Of a stretch of 64,000 bases of DNA, positions 53,250 through 64,000 are shown in pieces. Position 1 is the first letter of the stretch, and every line of letters starts with the position of its first letter. The translations under genes and the position numbers were made by a program. Source of the stretch: Eledone cirrhosa (lineage: Eukaryota); the NCBI GenBank assembly GCA_964016885.1, contig OZ024742.1, positions 234,484,001 to 234,548,000 of the forward strand. Reading direction: 5' to 3'. The notes under the pieces were generated by a model. It was given only the letters and a program-made list of their open reading frames with translations, did not search any database and was not told where the DNA came from.

Positions 53250-54880
53250 GTCTAAAAGAAAGAGGCCTGGAAATGTTATTATGATAGATTGATGAATGTA
53301 GAGAATGAATGGGTAGAAGAGAAACTAACCCCAACTTACTCAAAGGAAGGAGCAGCTATTGAAGTTGATAGTTTTAGGGTCAAAGACGCAATCAAGGAGA
53401 TGAAAGATGGTAAAGCTGCTGGACCATCAGAAATAGTTGCTGAGATGCTAAAAGCATTGGGAAAGGTAGCAGTCAAACTAGTAACCCATATAGTAAATCA
53501 AGTAATACATGATGAAGTCATACCCAATGACTGGCGCAGCGGTACAATCATAAATTGCTACAAGAGCAAAGGGGATGGTCTAGAAAGGAGTAACTATAGA
53601 GGAATAAAACTAATGAACCAAGTTATGAAAGTGACAGAATGAGTTATAGCACGGCTAATTAGGAAAGAGTCAAAATAGATGAGATGCAGTTTGGTTTCAT
53701 GCTTGGGAAAAGTACTACAGATGCCCCCTTCTTAGTGAAGCAACTACAAGAGAAGTTCCTAGCCGAAAATAAACACCTGTATTTAGCTTTTGTTGATCTC
53801 GAGAAGGCCTTTGACAGAGTACCTCGATCTATTATCTGATGGTCCTTAAGGAAAGTGCAAGCTATGTACAGAGGAGCTGTCAATAAAGTGAGAGTAGAAA
53901 ATGAATTTAGCGAGGAATTCATGCTACAGGTAGGAGTTCATCATGATTCAATTCTTAGCCCACTGCTATTCTTCATAGTTCTTCAGGTTATAACAGAGGA
54001 GTTTGAAACGGGCTGCCCATGGAAGCTTCTCTATGCAGATGATTTTGTTCTTATAGCTGAACCCCAAAAAAGAGCTAGAATTTTGATTATGGAAACTGAA
54101 TTTGGAATTTAAAAAATCTGAGAGTAAACTTAGCCAAAACTAAAGCTAATGAGTAGGAGGGAAGACAGAAACCAGATTGCCTCAGGGAAGTGGCCATGTT
54201 CAATATACAGAAAAGGAGTAGGCATAAACTCCATAGAATGTACACAATGTGAATCTTGGATGCGCAAAAGATGTAGTAGTGGAATGATGAGTAGACAGGA
54301 AGGGATAACTTTGCTTGTAGAAGATGCGCAGGAGAAATCGAGAGAAAGACTGCTAATGATATAAACCTTTTCCAGTCACAGGAAGGATCCATAGATGCAG
54401 TTGATAGCTTCTGCTATCTAGGTGACCTCATTAGCAGTGGAGGAGGGTGTGCCAAGAGTATAATAGCTGGAATAAGTTTAGCTAACTGCTCCCACTGCGG
54501 ACAACAAAAGGTTTCTCCCTACGTACAAAAAGAAGGCTGTATGACACCTGTGTGCAGTGCGTGATGCTGCATGATAGTGAAACATGGGCTGTGATTGCAG
54601 AAAAATGAAGCAACCATGTTTTGTTGGATGTGCAATTTAAATGTGAGAGAAAGCCAGAGCTTGGATGAGCTGAGAGAGAAGCTGGGTTTAAGGGTAATCT
54701 GAGATAGTGTGCAGGAGAGAAGACTGTTAGTATGGACATGTGACGAACATGGACAATGACTGATGCATGAAGAAATGCCAGTGGAAGGAATCCGCAATAG
54801 AGGACGACCAAGAAAGTCCTGGCACAGGTTGTGAGAGCGGACCTCAAATTGCTAAGACTTTTTAAAAGGTTGATTAAACA
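53250..54880 (+). mobile_element. Degenerate RTE LINE RT fragment
   Basis: MNVENEW...AAGPSEIVAEMLKA...NYRGIKL, FVDLEKAFD, YADD, WPCSIY...CTQCES. Multiple stops and frameshifts. Confidence 0.9.
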
Positions 54881-55054
54881 CACATCTTCTCATGTAGATA
54901 TGAGTGTCTCTCTTCTACTTAGACATTCTTTAAATTACAAGGAGTTACACCCCTTGGGCAGTCCCAAGTAATTTCCATTGGTATAGATCATCACATTCGA
55001 GCACTAGAAACAAAGTTATATTACACTAGTGGTTTTAGATTATGTGTTCTAGGA

Positions 55055-55350
55055 AATAATAAAATGCACCCAGTATACCCTGTAGTATTAGTGTTGGTAC
55101 CACAATAAAATGTACCCGCTGTATAAAGTGGTACTACTGGTGTCAAGAAAAACATCCTATGCTGGTGTCACAAAAACACCTCCAACACACCATATCAAGT
55201 TGTTAGCATTAGGAAGGGCATCCAACCATAGAAAACATGCCAAATATAGAATGCAACAATCAAGATTAGTCATGCTGACCCATCTGGTCTCATTCTATGA
55301 CAACCTCTTCAAGCCATGCCAGTGCGGAAATGGGATGTAAAATGATGATA
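55055..55350 (+). mobile_element. Old non-autonomous RTE-type element with 2-3 internal ~45-50-bp repeats
   Basis: aataaaatgcaccc...ggtaccac / aataaaatgtaccc...aaagtggtactactggtgtca repeats, then TTAGGAAGGGCATCCAACC and a (GAT) tail. Confidence 0.65.
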
Positions 55351-55597
55351 TGTATTTCTACATGTTGACTCCAATGTTTTTTCTGAATTTCCGTGTCACC
55401 TATGATTTTCTTCCTCCAGCTGACATGACTATCAATAATAATAATAAAAAATAATAATGGTTAATTCTAAAAAACCATTAATAGCAGAAAAAGCATATTT
55501 TCATTAGATCTGTTGTGATAGTTTTGTGTGTCTCAGTTGTAAAAGTACCACAAACGCAACAGAAAATGTCTGAAAGATTTATATATATATATATATA

Positions 55598-55985
55598 TGA
55601 GGCACATGGCTTAGTGTTTAGAGCATTGGGCTTGCAATCGAAAGGTTGTGAGTTCAATTCTCGGACCGGGTGATGTGTTGTTTCCTTGAGCAAGACACTT
55701 TATTTCACATTGCTCCAGTTTACTCACCTGTAGAAATGAGATGATAGGACTGGGGTCTCTATCATTCCACTGTAAAGTGGTCGTGGAGGCGCCATGGAAA
55801 AAAAGCACCCAGCCCACACTGTAAATGAGGTTGGTGTTAGGAAGGGCATCCAGCTGTAGAAATCAAACCAGAATCAGTTCCCGTATGAGCAAGACAAGGT
55901 CAGCCGACCAGACACTGCTCACAACAGGACAACCCGTCTAACCCATGCTAGCGTAGAAGAACGGACGTAAAACAGTGATGATGAT
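55598..55985 (+). mobile_element. tRNA/CORE SINE, copy 4, with an alternative RTE-type tail
   Basis: Same head and core. After cagttcccgt it carries a different, longer 3' segment ending CCCATGCTAGCGTAG...GGACGTAAAAC..GATGATG. Confidence 0.85.
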
Positions 55986-57003
55986 ATGAGGCATGTTTAT
56001 TAAATAGCAGTGATCTAAAGAATAAAAAGTATTTCAAATACGATTAGACAAAATAACTGGTCTTATTCATCCACAAAATTAGTTTTGAAATCAGCATAAA
56101 AAATACATTTATGTCCACAAAAATCCTTTCCAATGGATGTTCTTTGTTGACCAGTGTTATATACTGTATAATATCATTAAACCTGTTGTCTTTGAATACA
56201 TTGTTATAATAAACAGTTTTTATAGACACAAGTTGCTTTAAGAGAAACTATAGCTGTAACATTCTTGCTCAGATGATCTCATTAATGTTATTCTTTCTCT
56301 TCTTTATTTAGTTGTTTATTAATTTATATCTATTTTCTTTGAATTTTTATTTCTTATCCTATATATATATTTTTCATTGTTAACATTATTAACTATTTTA
56401 TAAGGGAGGTGGATCAGACAAATTATTTGCAGTATGTAGTTATGACTTTCTACATCTTGAGTTCAACTTTGCCTTTCTTCCTTCTGGGTTGATAAAATAA
56501 AGTACCAGTTAAAATAAAGTACCATTTAATATAAAGTACTCTTTAAAATAAAGTACCATTTAAGATAAAATACCATTTAATATAAAGTACCAATTAAAAT
56601 AATGTACTGATAAAATAAACTGCCAAATTGCTGGCCTTGTTCCAGCATTAGAAATAATTATTTACTATCTTATAGTATTTTATTTTATTCTATCATTTAC
56701 AATGTCATCAATTCTTGTCATTCCCACATTTCTGTTAATCCATCATTCTGTCATTCCATTTTCTTCTTCAAAAAGCTGGTGTACATTTTCATCCAGCATG
56801 ATTTTCAACAGTCTTTAGAACCTATTGTATTAATTTTCAGTTAGTCAAGTGCTGTCCAACTTTCACAGTTATGGGATGATAAAGGAATGTGAAACTAATA
56901 CCTGTAACTTGTGAGGTTTCAGAATATACATTCCACACACACACACACATACACACACATACATACACATACACACAGATATATGTATGTACATACATTC
57001 GTT

Positions 57004-57738
57004 CATTCATCAACGTTTAACGTCCGTGTTCCACGCTTGCATGGGTTTGGACGGGGGTTTTCCCACTTGAGGCAAGAGTGATTATCTTGCTCGCATAGGA
57101 CTATCTGGCGGGTTTTCTACAGCTGGATGCCCTTCCTAACACCAACCACATTTACAGTGTGGGGCTGGGAGGTTTTTACCGTGTTGCCTACACGGCCACA
57201 TTACAGCGTGGACTGTCTGGCGGGTTTTCTACAGCTGGATGCCCTTCCTAACACCAACCACATTTACAGTGTGGGGCTGGGAGGTTTTTACCGTGTTGCC
57301 TACACGGCCACATTACAGCGTGGACTGTCTGGCGGGTTTTCTACAGCTGGATGCCCTTCCTAACACCAACCACATTTACAGTGTGGGGCTGGGAGGTTTT
57401 TACCGTGTTGCCTACACGGCCACATTACAGCGTGGACTGTCTGGCGGGTTTTCTACAGCTGGATGCCCTTCCTAACACCAACCACATTTACAGTGTGGGG
57501 TTGGGAGGTTTTTACCGTGTTGCCTACACGGCCACATTACAGCGTGGACTGTCTGGCGGGTTTTCTACAGCTGGATGCCCTTCCTAACACCAACCACATT
57601 TACAGTGTGCGGCTGGGAGGTTTTTACCGTGTTGCCTACACGGCCACATTACAGCGTGAACTGTGTGTTTTATGACGTGACACCTACACGATCTCATTTG
57701 TTTCGGCCTGGATGTTGTGGCACCAACATAACTTTACA
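57004..57738 (-). mobile_element. Headless non-autonomous RTE-type element with a 5x112-bp internal tandem expansion
   Basis: Same ends as 34308-34608. The unit GGACTGTCTGGCGGG...TTACAGCGT is repeated with period 112 (ORF-track starts 57127, 57239, 57351, 57463, 57575). Confidence 0.92.
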
Positions 57739-58764
57739 TACATACATAATGATAGCTGCAACTTGATTTCGAGTAATGCTATCGCTTGATACTTAAGCAA
57801 GAATGTCATGGACATGGCTTTTCATCTTGCTAGGGACTTGCCTATGGTCAACAATACCATGCATCGCAAAAAACATCACATATTAAGCGATGCCTGTGCT
57901 TGAAGCTTTTCTAAGTGAGGAAAGGCCATGCATCGGGCCAATCCTACTCTCTGAACATCGAATGCATTTGCCCCAAAAGAACTGGTCTATATCATTGGAT
58001 GCAAACGAAGTCGCAGGTTTTATATCAGAGCGACCTTCTCCTAGAGAGATATCTTAATAAAGACTAGGAGTCTCTCACTCCACAAATAAAAAAAAAAATT
58101 ACATACAAACATACATTGTCTGCAGCCTGATGATGTTTGTTACCCCCTACCAGTAAGTGTTACTGGTTGGTTATTGTTTTGTTGGGAGAGTTGTGATATG
58201 GCTTTGAAAGGCATGTGTGATTTTTACTTTTCCTTGTGCAGTAGGGGTCTAGTGAGGGGTTGCATGTTGGTTTATGGATTGCATTTACTTGAATTCATGG
58301 ATAGCATTAGTTTGTTGTAAATTTATTTATGTTCAAGTTAAAGCAATTGACAGTCTTAGTTACTTATGTCATATCTTGAGACTGTAAACTGAGTTCCCTG
58401 TTGACAGGTCTGAGATAAAGGTTCCACAGCGGGATCTGCTGTTATTGAGTTTGCTTGAATTCATGAATAGATTTAGTTTGTTAGATTTATTTACATTCAA
58501 GCTAAGGCAAGTCTCAGTTACTTGTGTGTGTTGCTAACTTTCTTTCTGTTGTTGTTACTACCATTCTGTCTGTTGTTGCAGTTATACTCATTGCTACTCT
58601 TTATGGCATTCTATATAATATCAGTGCAACCATATGCACAAAATCAAAATAGCTATCTTATGCACAGTTCTTCTTACAGTCATTCAAGAAACATGAACCA
58701 CATTCACTTACAATATGTTCTTCCACACCTTCTGTTTAAGAGCAGTGTTGTTGTTATTGTTGTT

Positions 58765-59240
58765 GTTCCTCTTCTTCACCCACTTATTCCTGAAAGGGTT
58801 GTTGGGGCAGTCCTCAAAGACTCCTTCCAGCAGGTCCTGTCAGAAGCAACCATCTCCAACTGATCCAGCTGGATCCCTAAGTGTGACCAGCCAAGCTCAT
58901 GGATGTTATCCAACCATCTTCTCTTGGGTCTCCTGCCGGTTGGTTTTGCCCATAAAATCTGTCCAGTGATTCTTTCCTGAGACATTCTAACCTCATGCAC
59001 AAGTATCAGAGCTGTGATCTCTCAATTCAGAGAAGAAGCAGCTCTACCTGGAGTGACTCTGTTCTCTGAGCTATGCACTCTGTCACGTAACGTTACTCCA
59101 AAGACCCTTTGGAGAAACCCCGCTTCGGCCGCTTGTGTTCGTAATCTTATTCTTTTCATCATTACAGATAGGTAAGGGTTGGCACAATACCGAATTGAAG
59201 ATAGCAAGTTTGACTTTTACATCTACCGCCCTTCTTCTAA
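58765..59240 (-). mobile_element. RTE-like LINE 3' fragment (same family as 48346-49416, not inverted)
   Basis: AAEAGFLQRVFGVTLRDRVHSSE...ILWAKPTGRRPKRRWLDNI. Shares sequence with both halves of 48346-49416. Confidence 0.8.
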
Positions 59241-59825
59241 TCTTGGGTTGTTATTGTTGTTCTTTTTAACTATGTTATTTTTTAACATTATTCAGTTAGG
59301 TGGTTGTTTTTTAATTGTTCTATTTCCAGTTGTTGAATTGTTGAATGAGTTTACTTGTATTACCTGTCTTATGTTTAACATTTCTGTTGCTAAGCTGTCC
59401 AGCCAGTAGTTGTTTGCCTCATAAATAGTTGCATTTCTGCAGCTAAATGACTCTTATATCAAAACCCTCATCTCCTATACCTTACCAACTGATTATAGCA
59501 ACCTGCCCCTCACCTTTCACCACTACCATTTATTTAACGTATGAATGTAATTCAATGTATTTGTTTTGTTGACACAAACAAAAATCATTAAGAAAGACCT
59601 GTTTGATTAAAGTGAATATTTTATTGCTTGAATATCAGCTATGACTATGACCTGTTCAATCTTGTTACAATCTGTAACAAGGATGTTTCCATTCATTACT
59701 TTCCAATCATTTTATACATTTGTTTAGATATTTTTTCCATAATAATTTCCAATAAATAATTATTTTGTATGATGTTCATAATGAAATTCAAATCATATCA
59801 TAATAAAAAGTTAGAAATATCTCTT

Positions 59826-60038
59826 TATCCCTTTTGATACCAACTCGGCCAAAACCACTTCTGACTATAAAACAAAACCACCCATTTTAAAGGGTTTCTA
59901 ATTAAATTAAAACCTACCAACATAATTTTATATAAGAACTATGCATTAAATTACTATCTTAGTACTGGAATAATTAATAATTTTAGTAAATCCCTCAAAA
60001 TTCATCCTTAATTAATTGAAATGGTCGCAAAAGGGTTA
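59826..60038. mobile_element. TTAA/CCCTTT-type MITE (second family)
   Basis: Ends cccttttgatacc...cgcaaaagggTTAA. Related copies in opposite orientation at ~32909-33138, ~63750-63872 and ~465-610. Confidence 0.6.
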
Positions 60039-61054
60039 AAGGATTCTAGTGATATTAATGTCCTTAAAGGATTCCCATGATATTAATGTCCTTGATGAAA
60101 TTCTCTGAATATTTATCCTGGAGTTGTTTCTTGTCTTAAAAACATGCACATATTTCTGATTGCTTGGCTGTTACTTGAATCCAAATATGACTTTATCTTT
60201 AATTAGAGACTAACGAATGAGTTCTTTTAACAAGAAGACAGGACACTGGCTACCGAATTCTTGGCAGAAAGATCATAAACTATGGCATGGATATTTCATC
60301 TACAGCAATTTTACTATTCATGATATAGAATTATGGATAAGATTCAAACCCAACTAATAAACATCCTAAGCTATTATATGTACAGTTTATGACTGAACTA
60401 CTGTCATTGTACTCCTAAATTTCTTTTTATATTCAACCATCTAGTTATTTAGCAAACACTGTACTATAAAGGAAGCTACTTGCAAAACACTTCCAAACAG
60501 TGCAGAATTTTTAGGCTAGACAAGCTCTCCATATGCCTTATAGCCATCAACATTTGGTACAATCTTGAGGAGATTACTGCTACAATTGTCTTTGTTAATG
60601 AAAATGAAACTTTTAAAAGACAAATGCATTTACATGGCCCCTCACTTGCACTCTATCAAGTGTTACAAACTCAAGAAGGATTCATAACTGTTGTAAACTA
60701 AAACCAGTTTATTGGATTTCTATTTCAGATTGTTCTAAATGTATAATGTGGCTATGTTTTACTAATATACATGTATGTTATAAAAAAAAAAGACAGAGTC
60801 AAGTTCATGCATCTGCTTTAGATTTCAAATTATAGCTATTTCACATCATTTATAATTCTAATGCTCTTATGAAAGGCAAGAACATCAGAACTTCTATCTT
60901 TCTCTATTTTGTGAAGATGGCATGAGACATTTTGACTGAGCAACAAAAGCAAACTATGACAGGGGAACAAATATGCTTTCTAAAGAAGATTTACTTATTT
61001 ATACTTGTTTACTGTTGAAATAATTGCTATTAAAGTTTAACTTTTATCTTCCAG

Positions 61055-61285
61055 GATACCCAGTTCATTCTCCTGAAGCCTATCTGCCATATTTTAGAGA
61101 ACATAATGTTACTGCTGTTGTCCGCCTAAACAAGAAAATTTATGATGCCAAACGTTTCACTGATGCTGGTTTAGATCATTATGATCTCTTTTTTGTTGAT
61201 GGAAGTGTTCCAACCGATAATATTGTTAGGAAGTTCTTGGAAATTAGTGAAAAATGTAATGGTGGCCTTGCTATACATTGTAAAG
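61055..61285 (+). CDS. CDC14: CDC14 coding exon ([14 protein letters not shown]...[14 protein letters not shown]...[10 protein letters not shown]...AIHCK)
   Basis: ttccag acceptor and GTAGG donor; 231 nt, phase 1/1. Contains the general-acid loop (FVDG) and the start of the HCK catalytic motif. Confidence 0.97.
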
Positions 61286-62220
61286 GTAGGTCACATTAAA
61301 CAATATGTATTGTTTTGTAAAAAAGCATTTTACTGGTAAATATTTAGTTTTCTAGTGAGTTATCTATCATTTGTAATGAAATGCATTCAGGCCTTGTAAC
61401 TCCATGTCATCTGTTATATCCTTTAGAAATAGCAGCTAAATTACCCCCATCCCTCATCAGACCCAATCTTTTAAAAATGGTGAGGCCGAAGGGCATATTG
61501 GATAATGTAGATCTAGAAACACTATCTGAATAGAAAGATAGAATGGTCCCAACTGGAATGTATTTAATAATGTCTACTCAATTAGAACCGACCTGGGACT
61601 AAATAAACAGCTATAATATAACTTTATTGTATCATCAGCTTAACCTTACTTTAGTTTACTGCCTACTATTTTTGTTTTAAACTTTAAAAAATAATCCCCA
61701 AATACCTTGCTACTCTTCACTAACAATGCCCTATTACTTACCAGCAGGCACTACCATGTTGAAGTTTACCATGGTAAATCTAACATAGTTTCTCTTATGA
61801 TGCTACTTTCTTATTGTTGGTGTTAGTGCTTGTAAGAGTGATTAAATTTTAACATCCTATAATGATTTAGCAGAAAATATCTAAAAATAGGTTTGTTAAT
61901 TCAAATATTTATAGGATCTTTATTTGTGGACAGACCAAAATATAATCATAAAGTAAAAACTTTAATTTTTAATGTGATGCAGTCATAGTTCTGTTTTATA
62001 CTTTTTTGAGAATGTCTTTATTAATGTAGTTTCATATGGTACAGGGCACTAAGAGTTAATCCTGTCTTTCTCTGATTGAATATAATGTAAATGTTGGAAA
62101 GCAGAGTGAACAGAACAGATTTCATTTGAGCTAAAAAAACTAAGTTGTCTTTTGAGACTTTAGAACTTTTATCTGTTAGCCAACTGCATGTAGTTATGTA
62201 AATTGATGGAGAAAGGGATG

Positions 62221-62260
<40 letters not shown>

Positions 62261-62349
62261 GGAGAGTGCATGGAGATTGATTGATTAATTGATTACAAAT
62301 GTAACTGCAATATATTGTTAACATTTTTCTTTTTTTAAATTATTTACAG

Positions 62350-62488
62350 CTGGTTTGGGTCGGACAGGAACCCTAATAGCATGCTACATCATAAAACATT
62401 ACAGATTTACTGCAGCAGAAGCTATAGCATGGCTACGGATATGTCGACCAGGCTCTGTTATAGGGCCCCAGCAGAATTTCCTGATTGA
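62350..62488 (+). CDS. CDC14: CDC14 coding exon ([46 protein letters not shown])
   Basis: ttacag acceptor and GTAAG donor; 139 nt. Completes the HCKAGLGRTG P-loop (CX5R) and carries [10 protein letters not shown]. The gene continues past the window end. Confidence 0.97.
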
Positions 62489-64000
62489 GTAAGTTGTCAA
62501 TATAGATTACTCTCGGGTCCCAAATAATAGAGGAGGTTGGAATAGGCTGGGAGTTGGATCAATAATGTTTCAAGGTTATCTCCCTTGATTTTTTATTTTA
62601 AACCAGAATTAGTCCTTTAGAGCCCAATCCATCCTATTTATTTTATAATGAATGAGATCTCTTGTAAGGTTTTTTTTTTGTCATGTATAATGTATTTTAA
62701 TATCTAAAGAAAATTAATTATCGCAGGAATACTACCACTTAAAATAAAATTTCACCGGAGATAGATTAACAAAATTTAATAAGCAGGGTGGGGAGTGGGG
62801 GGTAAGAGTAGGGGTGGAAAAATCTGAAAAATTAAAATACTGGCCTTATGGTTTTATCTTTTTGTATGCTACCGTGTGAGTATATGGGTTCATTGTGTGT
62901 GTATGTTTGCATGTGTGTGGTAGGCTATATGTGTAAGAGGAATGTGTGTATGTGGATTGTTGATTTTGTTATTTAACTCCTGATCAAGCAAACTTTTAAC
63001 AAAAGTGTTCCATTTATGACCATTCTGTTGGGTCTGTATATCAGGAGCTTCATTGTCTAATGTGCCCTTTTTAAAAAAAATCAACAGTAGAGTATAAGGG
63101 AGATTTGGTTGTTATTTCTAATGTTCTGTTAGAAATAACTACATCTTTCTCTAATCAGATTCTACAATCTGTACGTTTGTGTAAGCTGTATGCAGAAGTT
63201 GGGTATGTGTTGTGTTAGAATATGAATGCATATGGACTATATGTTTATAGGGGTTGCATGTGTGTGTATGTGTATGTCTATGAGTTGCATGTGTGTGTAT
63301 GTGTGTTGCATGTGTGTGTATGCATGTGGATTGTGTGCATGTGTGTATGTATATTGCATGTGTATGTGTGTGTGTATGTATGTGTCGCATGTGTGTGGGG
63401 AGTCCTAGGTCAGTCCTGATGAAGCAGTGCCATTCTAATATTCAGTGATGGATGGGTTTTTTTATGTCAGAAAAGGAAAATCAGTGGCCATGACTCTCTT
63501 CAAGAGCTCCAAGATTAGTTGGGGAATGGGAAGAAGGATGATGTCTTCAAATTAGAAACCTTGCTTGAATGCTTGCAAGAGAATGGACTTTGCTAGAGGG
63601 ACTCATGAGCCAGGTGCTAGTGTCAAACTGGGTGACAAATTAAGTCTACCATCCAAGTAAATCACAGTGGGAATGAGAAGAGCTTGAATAAATACCATAA
63701 GGCAACTCATCTGATGCTCTATCAATTCTACTGTTATGCCACCCTTGGACTGGTATTTTATTATATTAATTATAATCAAAGGTTTTTAGACAAACATAAA
63801 CACTTTAAAACCAACATATCTGTATCATAGAACCAGGGGTGGTTTTAGGTGGGTTGTTGTCAAAAGGGTTAATCATGTAATACCAGTTATTTGCACCCTG
63901 AATTAGACATACAAGTTCTGTCAACAAAGTACCTGTCTTTATTTTTTTCCTCTGTGGTTAATAATGACATAAAGGAGATAAACGTGAGCAGAATAGTATT

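Noticed and set aside
58285-58530. ~170-bp-spaced imperfect duplication, and short duplications at 50449-50480 and 60037-60092
   Set aside because: Ordinary local tandem duplications with no further structure.
61024-61299. Stand-alone 91-aa phosphatase ORF
   Set aside because: It is a CDC14 exon (61055-61285) plus intronic read-through on both sides.

Overview
AT-rich eukaryotic (metazoan) genomic DNA; the repeat content suggests a cephalopod, probably octopus, but that is inference. The window lies inside one plus-strand gene, a CDC14 dual-specificity phosphatase. Seven internal coding exons with GT-AG junctions (1397-1489, 9813-9895, 11361-11427, 15967-16029, 24919-25006, 61055-61285, 62350-62488) splice into one open frame containing the HCKAGLGRTG catalytic loop. 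The start and stop lie outside the window. The introns, one of them 36 kb, are packed with mobile DNA: RTE-clade LINEs (one near full length), R4/Dong-like RLE LINEs, Tx1/L1, Penelope and Helitron remnants, mariner/Tc1 fossils, MITEs, and two tRNA-headed SINE families. The most striking structure is a set of elements sharing one RTE 5'-UTR module plus an RTE-type 3' tail. It includes the LINE itself, CORE-SINEs, a headless non-autonomous element, a 5x112-bp tandem, and a ~9.5-kb 48/49-bp satellite with higher-order duplications that appears to have grown from that module. Also notable are an intact RT+PHD-finger frame enclosed by near-identical ~270-bp inverted arms next to a 127-bp hairpin, and two twin-priming-type LINE inversions. 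There is no prokaryotic system or CRISPR array. TE boundaries are approximate unless a TSD or TIR is quoted.
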